From: Candidatus Hydrothermales bacterium
GTDB taxonomy: Bacteria > Hydrothermota > Hydrothermia > Hydrothermales > JAJRUZ01
Direction: 5' to 3'
DNA length: 36,731 bases
NCBI GenBank assembly: GCA_039630575.1
Contig: JBCNUW010000019.1
Location: 1 to 36,731, forward strand
Shown: positions 1 to 8,258 of the stretch, in pieces
How positions within the stretch are numbered: position 1 is the first letter of the stretch
Layout of the letters: every line of letters begins with the position of its first letter
Position numbers and translations under genes: made by a program
Notes under the pieces: model-generated
What the model was told of the DNA's origin: nothing
Database searches by the model: none
Seen by the model: only the letters and a program-made list of their open reading frames with translations

Positions 1-1971
1 ATTAGGTCTCGTATACTTTGTATGTTGACTTGTACTACTTAAAGGTATCCATTTGACTAAATTTCCATTTTCATCTTTTTCATATTCTTCTAATTCTTTT
101 TTTTTAATAATATTTTCATATAAAAAGGACTTTTCTCTACCAAAACATAAAATATATTCATGCAGTTCTGTCAAATCTGTTTCAGATAAATTGCCTTTGC
201 CACCCATTTTTTTCCATATTAGATCACCAAATCTTTTTGGAAAAAGTGAAGTCATAATCATTCCTAGTTTATAAGACTCAAAATGTTGATTACCGTTATT
301 ACCAATGCTTACGAAAATTACTCCATCTTCTTTCATTAATTCTTTTGCCAAACTCAATCTACTCTCCATCATAGTAAGCCAAGAAGAATGCTGATATCTG
401 TCCTTATATAAAAACTCATCACTTCCAGTATTATAGGGTGGATCAATATAAACCACCTGCACCTTTTCTTTATATTTCTCCAAAAGTAAATTTAAAGCTT
501 GCCAGTTTTCACTTTTGATCAAAATTCCATCTAAAAGGTCATCTAAATCTGCGTTTTTAGTTAGATTTTCAAGCAATCTTTCTTTAAATTCCTGAGAGAA
601 ATATTTTGTATCTACGGGAAGCTTTTTATTTTTTAGCTCTTCTTTATTCTTAGGAATTTCAAAACCTAATTCCTGCCACTCCTTCTTTTGCTCCTTATTT
701 TTCCATATCTCATCATAAAAATCTTCAGGAACTCTATCAGTGGTTATTACATACTCAGTCTTTATAACAAATTTTTTCTTTTCCCATAACCTCTTTTGAA
801 ATTCTTCAATCTGAGAGAGAAAATCAATTATTATACCTCCAATATCACGCACGACCTTTGCACGGGTGATATGCTTGTCTAACAATTTTTCTTTTTCCAG
901 TATCTCAATGTCCAAAACTTCAGACTTTATAAAATAATCAAGTTGCTCTGATAAGAATTTTTTGAGATTTTTGTGAATAAAAAAATCCCTCGTATTTTTT
1001 GCAGTAAAGCGATTAAGATGATACAAAAGAAGAGAAATAGATGAACCTTCCTTATCCTTTTTATATTCTTTTTTTAAAGCAAGATTTAATATTGACTCTT
1101 TAACATTATTCAGTATTTCCTCTTCTATAATGATGTTTAATTTATTTTGATTTATTCCCTTCTTTTGGTCGCTTTCAGTTCCACTACTTTTATTTTTTGA
1201 AAACTTTTTTCTATATACTTCAACTACTTTATCATCATTTTCAAGCTCTCTATACTGAAATCTTACAATAAGCGTAGAATTATTAATTTGGATTGGATCT
1301 TCCTCACTTAAAATAAAAAACCTACTTTTTTTCTCTTTATTTGAACCTAATTCTTGTGAAGCTGAAACAACACGAAAGATAACTTTATAGTCACCTGCTT
1401 TAAAAGTATAATCTCTGAAAAAAAGACCTGTTTTAATATAGTATTGGTCATAATTTGCCCAGTAAAGTTTTACTTCCTCCCCATTATAAGGAATTACATA
1501 TTTATGCCCCTTTATTGAATAGCGAAGCTGAGGTATAAAGTCACCTTCTTCATAATACCTTGAAAAGAAATTATAAAGATCAATAAAAACCTGTCGCTTA
1601 ATCTCTTCAATATTTTCAATTTCTTCTTTCCGATCTTTCAAAGAAAGAAATTCTTTTCCTAAAGGTGTATTCTTAAATTCCTCCTTTAGTTCTCCGCTTA
1701 ACGTAAAAGCATCTTCTCCTAAAAGCTTAGCAATTTCTTTTTTGATCTTTTCAAATTCTTTATCAATTTCTTCTTTTTGCTCTTTTTTATATTTTGAGAA
1801 AGCCTCTTCAACTTTATTTTTTAGGTCTTCATTAATAAATTTTTCTATCTGATTTCGCTTATAATTCAAAATCCGATAAATACCAAAATCTAAATCAGAA
1901 GCATCAAACTGAAAAATATTTCTTAGAACATTTTGAAACTTCCCCTCAATATAATTACTTTCCCTCTCCAT
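1..1971 (-). CDS. Site-specific DNA methyltransferase, beta class (type III R-M Mod-like), partial, runs off the left edge
   Basis: Manual translation: ATG at 1971 gives MERESNYIEGKFQNVLRNIFQFDASDLDFGIYRILNYKR. Catalytic motif VVYIDPPYNTG has DPPY at 433-444 (codon ~510). The same frame is open at position 1 (LVKWIPLSSTSQHTKYTRPN). GGTAGGA RBS-like sequence upstream. Absent from the ORF track because no stop lies in the window. Confidence 0.88.
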   Translation of the reverse strand, partial: MERESNYIEGKFQNVLRNIFQFDASDLDFGIYRILNYKRNQIEKFINEDLKNKVEEAFSKYKKEQKEEIDKEFEKIKKEIAKLLGEDAFTLSGELKEEFKNTPLGKEFLSLKDRKEEIENIEEIKRQVFIDLYNFFSRYYEEGDFIPQLRYSIKGHKYVIPYNGEEVKLYWANYDQYYIKTGLFFRDYTFKAGDYKVIFRVVSASQELGSNKEKKSRFFILSEEDPIQINNSTLIVRFQYRELENDDKVVEVYRKKFSKNKSSGTESDQKKGINQNKLNIIIEEEILNNVKESILNLALKKEYKKDKEGSSISLLLYHLNRFTAKNTRDFFIHKNLKKFLSEQLDYFIKSEVLDIEILEKEKLLDKHITRAKVVRDIGGIIIDFLSQIEEFQKRLWEKKKFVIKTEYVITTDRVPEDFYDEIWKNKEQKKEWQELGFEIPKNKEELKNKKLPVDTKYFSQEFKERLLENLTKNADLDDLLDGILIKSENWQALNLLLEKYKEKVQVVYIDPPYNTGSDEFLYKDRYQHSSWLTMMESRLSLAKELMKEDGVIFVSIGNNGNQHFESYKLGMIMTSLFPKRFGDLIWKKMGGKGNLSETDLTELHEYILCFGREKSFLYENIIKKKELEEYEKDENGNLVKWIPLSSTSQHTKYTRPN

Positions 1972-2002
1972 AGTTTATCCTACCTATTATTATAATTTTT
2001 AA

Positions 2003-2031
2003 ATTATAAACAAAAAAACAGAATCTTTCAA
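2003..2031 (-). promoter_or_regulatory. Sigma70-type promoter for the methyltransferase
   Basis: Minus strand TTGAAA (2031-2026), 17 bp spacer, TATAAT (2008-2003), about 30 nt upstream of ATG 1971. Confidence 0.6.
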
Positions 2032-2072
2032 ATTAAATAATAAATTCTTAAAATCTCTTTCACACTTTTAAT

Positions 2073-2480
2073 CTATAACCTTAAAACCCATTTTTCTTTT
2101 GAATCCCCTGGAGAATAAAAATCTTTTATTATTCCTTCGCAATTAAATCCATATTTTTATAAAGATTTTTTGCTTTTAAATATTGCTCTGATGTACAAAG
2201 AACAACAAGCCTTACTCCACTTTTTTTTAAACCTCTTCTAATATTTTTTTTTCATAAGAAGATCAAAAAGTCATAATTATTGATAATCAGAATCAATGAT
2301 TATCCAGTCATCCTTATAGCATTATTTGTGAATCATTTTCTCTTAATTTTTAAAATCCTAAAATTTCACTATTACTATACATTTCTCAAAGAATTCCAAG
2401 CTAAAACTCTACTTCCAAAGTTATTTAATATATCCCTTATTTCTTCTCTTAAAACCCACCTTAATTTCCATAAATTCTTT
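2073..2480 (-). pseudogene. Decayed GNAT N-acetyltransferase
   Basis: Minus-strand fragments in order: EILGF*, DWIIIDSDYQ*L*LFDLLMKK (motif A-like with two stops), LKKSGVRLVVLCTSEQYLKAKNLYK, a 1-nt shift in an A-run, then YGFNCEGIIKDFYSPGDSKEKWVLRL* (TAG 2075-2073). The 5' boundary is approximate. Confidence 0.7.
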
Positions 2481-2798
2481 TAATCACTAAATACACAATT
2501 TACTTGACATAAAAGTTAAAAAATAAAACTAAAATTAATTACTAACCCATCTGAAAGTTACTCTAAACTTTTTTAAAAAAAAGTTATTCAGAAAACCATC
2601 ATTAAAATACGTTAATAAATAACTTCGTAAACTTTCACACAAGATGTTTTAAATTTAATTTATATAAACTTTAGAAAAAAATATTAGGAATCTACTTTTT
2701 AAGTCAATTAAACAAAATTTAAGAATTTAATTAAAAAGATAGATAGATTTCTTTCTTTTACATTATAATTACATAAAAAATAACTAAAAGGAGGATAT

Positions 2799-3434
2799 AT
2801 GAAGGGTATCTTTATCTCTATCTTAATTCAGATTAATGTAGACTTAATCATAAAAGAATGTGAAAAGAAATGGGAAAGTGTAAACACCTATACATGTATC
2901 TATGAGAGTTATCAGAAAAAAGATAATGAGGAGGATAAAAGAAAATACTTCGTTGAATTTAAAAAACCCCTTTGGATAAGACTCAAGGTTCTGGAGGGGA
3001 AAAATAAAAACAGTGAAGTCCTTTATAACCCTGAAAAAAATATCGTTAGAGGAAGAAAAAGCGGAATGCTAAGAGGAATTGTTCTAACATTAAACCCAGA
3101 TGATAAAAGAGTAATTTCCCTAAGAGGTTTTAGAGTATATCACGCAGGCATAGGAGAAATATATAGAAGAATGTTTGAGTATTATAAAAAAGGCTATCCA
3201 TCAAAAATTTTAGGAACATTCAAAGAAAAAGGCTTTGAAGGTTATAAGATTGAATTTGAAGTTAAAGAACCTTCCGAATTTTTCGGATGTGCAAGGGAAG
3301 TTTTTTGGATAAGGAATGATTTTATTCCTTACAAATGTGAACAATGGGATGAAAAAGGTGAGTATGTACTTTACTCAGAATTTTTAGAAGTCAACTTAAA
3401 TGTTAAAATAGAAGAAGAAAGGTTTAATTTGTGA
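2799..3434 (+). CDS. Exported LolA-like / DUF1571-type protein
   Basis: AAGGAGGA RBS, short hydrophobic N-terminus, then F-x-KP-x-x-IRL and a C-terminal 'EV-NLN-x-I-x-x-x-x-F' pattern typical of LolA-fold proteins. Confidence 0.6.
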   Translation: MKGIFISILIQINVDLIIKECEKKWESVNTYTCIYESYQKKDNEEDKRKYFVEFKKPLWIRLKVLEGKNKNSEVLYNPEKNIVRGRKSGMLRGIVLTLNPDDKRVISLRGFRVYHAGIGEIYRRMFEYYKKGYPSKILGTFKEKGFEGYKIEFEVKEPSEFFGCAREVFWIRNDFIPYKCEQWDEKGEYVLYSEFLEVNLNVKIEEERFNL

Positions 3435-3525
3435 AAATCTTAAAAGGGGTCTATACAGTGGGATATATTAATTTTAAAATTTCGTGATTTAAATTGAACA
3501 AAAAATATTTAAAATATAGAAAAAT

Positions 3526-4746
3526 TCATAAACTTAAGGTATAGATTTTTTCAAAACTATTTACAATATTTTGCCAAGAAAAATTTTTATTGACAAATTC
3601 CTTAGCATTCTTAACAAACTTTTCTTGTAAAGTAGAATCTGATACAAGCCTATCCATTGCCAAAGCAAGTCCAGTAACATCCTTTTCTTTAACTAAAAAA
3701 CCGTTATAACCATCAATTACTATATCAACAATACCACCAACAGATGTGGCAATAACAGGTGTACCAAAATACATGGACTCAATTAAAACAACTCCTAAAC
3801 CCTCTGTATCACCTTTTGAATCAAAAATAGCAGGTAAAACAAAAATTGAAGAGGTGAGATACTCTTTTAAAAGTACTGACTTATCAACAAAACCAAGAAA
3901 ATTTACTTTTTCATCTATTTTTAATTCACTGGTCAGTTTAAAAAGATCATTTTTCAAAGGACCATCACCAACTATACAAAGCTTATAATCACTATACTTT
4001 TGAGAAAAAATTTTAAAGGCTTCAATTAAGTATTTAACACCCTTTCTTTCAACTAATCTCCCAACAAAAAGAACTTTTTTTTCTTTGGCATAGCTTTTCC
4101 CCTCTAAATTTAAGTCAAAAATATCAAGAGAAACACCAAAAGGAATAACCTTTACTTTCTTTTCAGGCAGATTAAAAACTTTTATCAAAGACTTTGTATA
4201 GGAAGAATTTACAGTAATAAAACTTGATTTTTTCAAAAAATATTTAAAAAAGTTGACAAAAATCTTCCCTGTAAACTTACTCTTTGTAATGTTTTTCAAA
4301 AGTATTAATTCAGCACTATGAAAGGTAGATACAATAGGGCTTTTCAAAAAAACTTTAAATAAATAGCCAAAAATAATGTGAGGGATTGGCCAATGCACAT
4401 GGATTACATCTATTTTCACTTTTTTTAGAAAATTTTTGTATTTAAAAACACCCTTAATCCCACCGAATAAATAAAAGGGGACCAAAAAGTAATAAATTAT
4501 ATTTTCCTTTAATCTTTCAGGAATAGCCACATCATGTGTCAAAGTCTCAAAATTTGAAATAAAATATCTAAACCTGAAAATTTTAAAATTATTGAAGCTT
4601 TTTTGCTTCAACCCTTTGTATGATGAAGTAAAAATGTAAATTTCATGACCTTTTTTCTCAAGTTCCTTTAAGAATCTAACAAGCCAAGGTGTTATAACAT
4701 CACTTTTATTTCTTGGAAATGCAGTACATAAAGTTAAAATTTTCAT
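3526..4746 (-). CDS. Glycosyltransferase family 4 (GT-B)
   Basis: LFVGRLVERKG, IVGDGP, EGLGVVLIESM...PVIAT.VGGI motifs. Confidence 0.93.
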   Translation of the reverse strand: MKILTLCTAFPRNKSDVITPWLVRFLKELEKKGHEIYIFTSSYKGLKQKSFNNFKIFRFRYFISNFETLTHDVAIPERLKENIIYYFLVPFYLFGGIKGVFKYKNFLKKVKIDVIHVHWPIPHIIFGYLFKVFLKSPIVSTFHSAELILLKNITKSKFTGKIFVNFFKYFLKKSSFITVNSSYTKSLIKVFNLPEKKVKVIPFGVSLDIFDLNLEGKSYAKEKKVLFVGRLVERKGVKYLIEAFKIFSQKYSDYKLCIVGDGPLKNDLFKLTSELKIDEKVNFLGFVDKSVLLKEYLTSSIFVLPAIFDSKGDTEGLGVVLIESMYFGTPVIATSVGGIVDIVIDGYNGFLVKEKDVTGLALAMDRLVSDSTLQEKFVKNAKEFVNKNFSWQNIVNSFEKIYTLSL

Positions 4747-4763
4747 TTATTTAAAAATTTTCT

Positions 4764-4778
4764 TATAATTAAACAATG
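4764..4778 (+). promoter_or_regulatory. -10 box directly before the proS start (leaderless-type)
   Basis: TATAAT at 4764-4769, 6 nt before ATG 4776; no SD present. Confidence 0.5.
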
Positions 4779-6479
4779 AAATTCAACAGATCTTTCATAA
4801 AAACACTACGTGAAAACCCAAAAGATGCTGACAACCCTGCCTATGCCCTTCTTCTCAGAGCAGGATATATAAGGAAAATCTCAGCTGGAGTGTTCCTATT
4901 TTTACCATTAGGTCTTAAAAGCATTAAAAAGATAGAAAAAATAGTAAGAGAAGAAATGGATAGAATAGGGGCTCAAGAAATGCTCTTTTCAGCTCTTTCT
5001 CCAAAATCAATATGGGAAGAATCAGGAAGATGGGAATCTTTTGGTGATGACATGTTTAGGCTCAAAGATAGGAAAAACTCCGATTTTGCCCTCTCACCAA
5101 CCCACGAAGAAATTGTTACATTTCTTGCAAGAGATGAAATTAGATCCTTTAGAGAATTACCCCAAATATGGTACCAGATCCAAACAAAATTCAGAGATGA
5201 ACCAAGACCAAGAGGTGGTCTTTTAAGATGCAGAGAATTTTCTATGAAAGACTCCTATTCACTTGATGCAACTTGGGAAGGATTAGATGAATCTTATAAC
5301 AAACATAAATTAGCCTACGAAAGAATTTTCAAAAGATGTGGTCTTAAGTTTCACTTTGTCCAAGCATCTTCAGGACTTATGGGAGGAAAAGAATCGGGTG
5401 AATTTATGGTCGAAAGTGAATGGGGAGAAGATAAACTTGTCATATGTCCAAAGTGCAGTTATAAGGCAAATAAGGAAGTTGCTAAATCTAAACCTAAAGT
5501 AAAAAGCTACATAGGTGAAGAAAAGAAAGAAAAAGTTTATACTCCAGGAATAAAAAGTGCAAAAGATGTATCCTCATTTCTTTCCGTTCCACTTGAAGGT
5601 ATATTAAAAAGTATTTTAGTTTTAGGAGCAGAAAAACCGATACTTGCAGTGGTTAGGGGAGATTATGAACTTCATATTGGTAAATTATCATCACTTTTGA
5701 ACTCTACCCTGAAAATAGCTGATCCAGATGAAGTAAAGGAAATTTTAGGTGTCTCTGCCGGATTTGTAGGACCTCTAAATTCAAAAGTTCCCATCATTAT
5801 AGATGAATTTGCAAACGAAATAATAGGAGGTGTTGCAGGAGCAGGAGAAGAGGATTACCATGTAAAAGGAATTACCCCTTCTAAAGATTTTAAAATAGAA
5901 AGAGTTGAAGACATCAAAGAGGCAAAGGAGGGTGATCTATGCTACTTTTGTTCTGAAGAACTGATATTCAAAAATGCTATAGAAATCGGACACATCTTTA
6001 AACTTGGAACAAGATATTCTGAATCAATGGGAGCCTATTTTACTGATAAAAACGGTAAAAGAAAACCCATAATTATGGGTAGTTACGGTATAGGTATAGG
6101 TAGAATTCTTCTTTCTGCCGCGAGTTCATATATGGACGAAAATGGACTTTCCCTTCCCATCACAATAGCACCCTTTGATGTACATATAGTAGATTTTAAT
6201 TTAGATAAAACTATCACCAAAAAAATAGAAAAAGAATTTAAAGAAAACGATTTGGATTACCTAATTGATGATAGAGATGAAACACCTGGGGTCAAGTTCA
6301 AGGATGCTGATTTAATAGGGATTCCTATAAGAGTAACCTTAGGTAAAAATATTAAAAAGGATTTAGCAGATATTTTTATAAGAGAGAAAAAAGAAAAAAT
6401 AGAAGTAAATTTAAAGGAACTAAAAATTAAAGTAAAGGAAATAGTAGAAAAAAAGAAGAAGGAGCTAAATGATGTATGA
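4776..6479 (+). CDS. proS: Proline--tRNA ligase (bacterial type with editing insertion)
   Basis: PTHEE, QIQTKFRDEPRPRGGLLRCREF.MKDSYS, IEIGHIFKLG, MGSYGIGIGR, GVKFKDADLIG. Confidence 0.98.
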   Translation: MKFNRSFIKTLRENPKDADNPAYALLLRAGYIRKISAGVFLFLPLGLKSIKKIEKIVREEMDRIGAQEMLFSALSPKSIWEESGRWESFGDDMFRLKDRKNSDFALSPTHEEIVTFLARDEIRSFRELPQIWYQIQTKFRDEPRPRGGLLRCREFSMKDSYSLDATWEGLDESYNKHKLAYERIFKRCGLKFHFVQASSGLMGGKESGEFMVESEWGEDKLVICPKCSYKANKEVAKSKPKVKSYIGEEKKEKVYTPGIKSAKDVSSFLSVPLEGILKSILVLGAEKPILAVVRGDYELHIGKLSSLLNSTLKIADPDEVKEILGVSAGFVGPLNSKVPIIIDEFANEIIGGVAGAGEEDYHVKGITPSKDFKIERVEDIKEAKEGDLCYFCSEELIFKNAIEIGHIFKLGTRYSESMGAYFTDKNGKRKPIIMGSYGIGIGRILLSAASSYMDENGLSLPITIAPFDVHIVDFNLDKTITKKIEKEFKENDLDYLIDDRDETPGVKFKDADLIGIPIRVTLGKNIKKDLADIFIREKKEKIEVNLKELKIKVKEIVEKKKKELNDV

Positions 6480-6924
6480 AGCAGAGAAAGTAAAAGATGT
6501 TTTGTTTAGTATTTTGGAAAAGGAGCTAAGTGAGGAAAAAATAACCCTTTTAGACCTATCAGTAAAAGGTTATGGGACAAAATTCAAAATTATACTAACA
6601 ATAGATAAAAAAGGAGGGATAACAGCAGAAGACACGAAAAGGTGGGCAGAAAGGCTCATCTCAATAATTAAAGTTGAAGGATTAGACATACAAAGTGAAA
6701 TTGAGGTAACATCTCCAGGTCTTGATAGGGAATTAAAATCTGAAAGGGAATTTATATGGGCAAAAGGTAAAAAGGTAAAATTGATTACAAAAGATAAGGA
6801 AATAAAGGGCCTTCTACTTGATTTTAAGGAAAATTTATTTTATATTCTATTTGATAAAAACTTAATTAAAATACCTTTAGAAGAAGTAAAAAAAATAAAA
6901 TTGTGTGAAATGGAGGACATCTAA
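6469..6924 (+). CDS. rimP: Ribosome maturation factor RimP
   Basis: IDKKGGIT..D and EVTSPGLDREL motifs; lies directly upstream of nusA. Confidence 0.93.
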   Translation: MMYEAEKVKDVLFSILEKELSEEKITLLDLSVKGYGTKFKIILTIDKKGGITAEDTKRWAERLISIIKVEGLDIQSEIEVTSPGLDRELKSEREFIWAKGKKVKLITKDKEIKGLLLDFKENLFYILFDKNLIKIPLEEVKKIKLCEMEDI

Positions 6925-8088
6925 ATGAAGGCTCGTGAACTGTTTGAATATATTGACCAGATAACACGATTAAGAAGAATTGATCGAGAATATGTGATAA
7001 AATCATTGAAGGATTCTTTCGAAATAGCTATTAAAAAATATTTTAGAGATAATGCTTTTCCAATTGAAGTAGAAATTAATGAAAAAACCGGTGAGATAAA
7101 AATTTGGATTTTAAAAAAAGTTGTTAATGAAATAAAGAATCCAAACTATGAGATAACTTATCAAGAAGCAAAAAAAATAAAACCTCTTGTAGTTCCAGGC
7201 GAAAATATAAGAGTGGAGATGAGTATAGAGGAACTTGGAAGAGGAGTTATATATAGAATGAAAGAAATGTTTACAAAAAAAATAAAAGATGCTGAAAGAG
7301 AAAGAATATATAAGGACTTTGAAACAAAGATTGGAGATATAGTAAGAGGGGTTGTCCAAAAAGTTGACAAATCAGGAGTCTATTTGGGTCTTGGAAGAGC
7401 TGATGGATTTATGCCTCCTGAGGAACAGATAAGAAAAGAAAAATATCGAATAGGATCTGAAGTAAGAGGACTTGTTTTAAGTGTAGAAACATCTGGAAGA
7501 AGACCCCTTGTGAAAATATCAAGAACTCACCCCAATTTTTTAAGAAAATTGCTAGAACTGGAAGTCCCAGAAATATTAGATGGAGTTGTAGAAATAATGG
7601 GCATTGTTCGCATTCCAGGAGAAAGGGCTAAAGTCGCAGTCAGATCCCATGATCCGAGAGTAGATCCCCAGGGGGCTTGCATAGGGATTAGGGGATCAAG
7701 AATCCAAATAATTACAAGAGAACTCGCTGGTGAAAAAATTGATGTAATACCTTGGAGTGAAAACAAATTGGAATTTGCCAAAAATGCTCTCTCTCCATCA
7801 AGACCCCTACATGTTGTAAAAGAAGAAGATAAAATTATAGCTGTTGTACCTGACGAAGAAATTAAGGCAGCAAAAGGAACTGGTTCACAAAATGCACAAC
7901 TTGCCTCAAAATTAGTTGGTGATGAAATCTGGGTAATCTCCCAAAGTGAATGGGAAGGAAGAAAAAAAGTTTTAATAGATGAAATGATAATGCCAGATGA
8001 AATTAAAATTGAATTGAAAAAAGAAACAGATGGTGTATTCTCCATATACGAACTTAGAGGAAGACTTAAAACAATGAAAATATATTAA
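6925..8088 (+). CDS. nusA: Transcription termination/antitermination factor NusA
   Basis: S1 and KH domains: SRTHP, EVPEI.DG, R.PGERAKVAV, DP.GACIG.RGSRI, EKIDVIPW. Confidence 0.97.
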   Translation: MKARELFEYIDQITRLRRIDREYVIKSLKDSFEIAIKKYFRDNAFPIEVEINEKTGEIKIWILKKVVNEIKNPNYEITYQEAKKIKPLVVPGENIRVEMSIEELGRGVIYRMKEMFTKKIKDAERERIYKDFETKIGDIVRGVVQKVDKSGVYLGLGRADGFMPPEEQIRKEKYRIGSEVRGLVLSVETSGRRPLVKISRTHPNFLRKLLELEVPEILDGVVEIMGIVRIPGERAKVAVRSHDPRVDPQGACIGIRGSRIQIITRELAGEKIDVIPWSENKLEFAKNALSPSRPLHVVKEEDKIIAVVPDEEIKAAKGTGSQNAQLASKLVGDEIWVISQSEWEGRKKVLIDEMIMPDEIKIELKKETDGVFSIYELRGRLKTMKIY

Positions 8089-8258
8089 GTTTAAATAAAA
8101 AAAATAATAAATTAAAATAAACAAAAGTTTTAAAAATGAAAAAATAAAAAGAAACTACTCCAAAAAGTAAAAAAACTATAAAAGCTAATGAAGAAAGAAA
8201 AGAAAAAAAGAAAAAGGAAAAACAAAAAAAGGTTAGAGACTTAGCAAAGGAACTTGAG

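Noticed and set aside
97..105. Poly-T tract in the methyltransferase as a phase-variation switch
   Set aside because: Runs of 8-9 A/T are common throughout this AT-rich window, and no simple-sequence repeat of the usual phase-variable type was seen.
53..274. 73-aa plus-strand ORF
   Set aside because: Antisense shadow of the methyltransferase.
2280..2483. 67-aa plus-strand ORF
   Set aside because: No RBS or motif; it lies antisense to the GNAT remnant.
2565..2586. AACTTTTTT/AAAAAAGTT inverted repeat as a terminator or element end
   Set aside because: Almost pure A/T with no GC stem; expected by chance.
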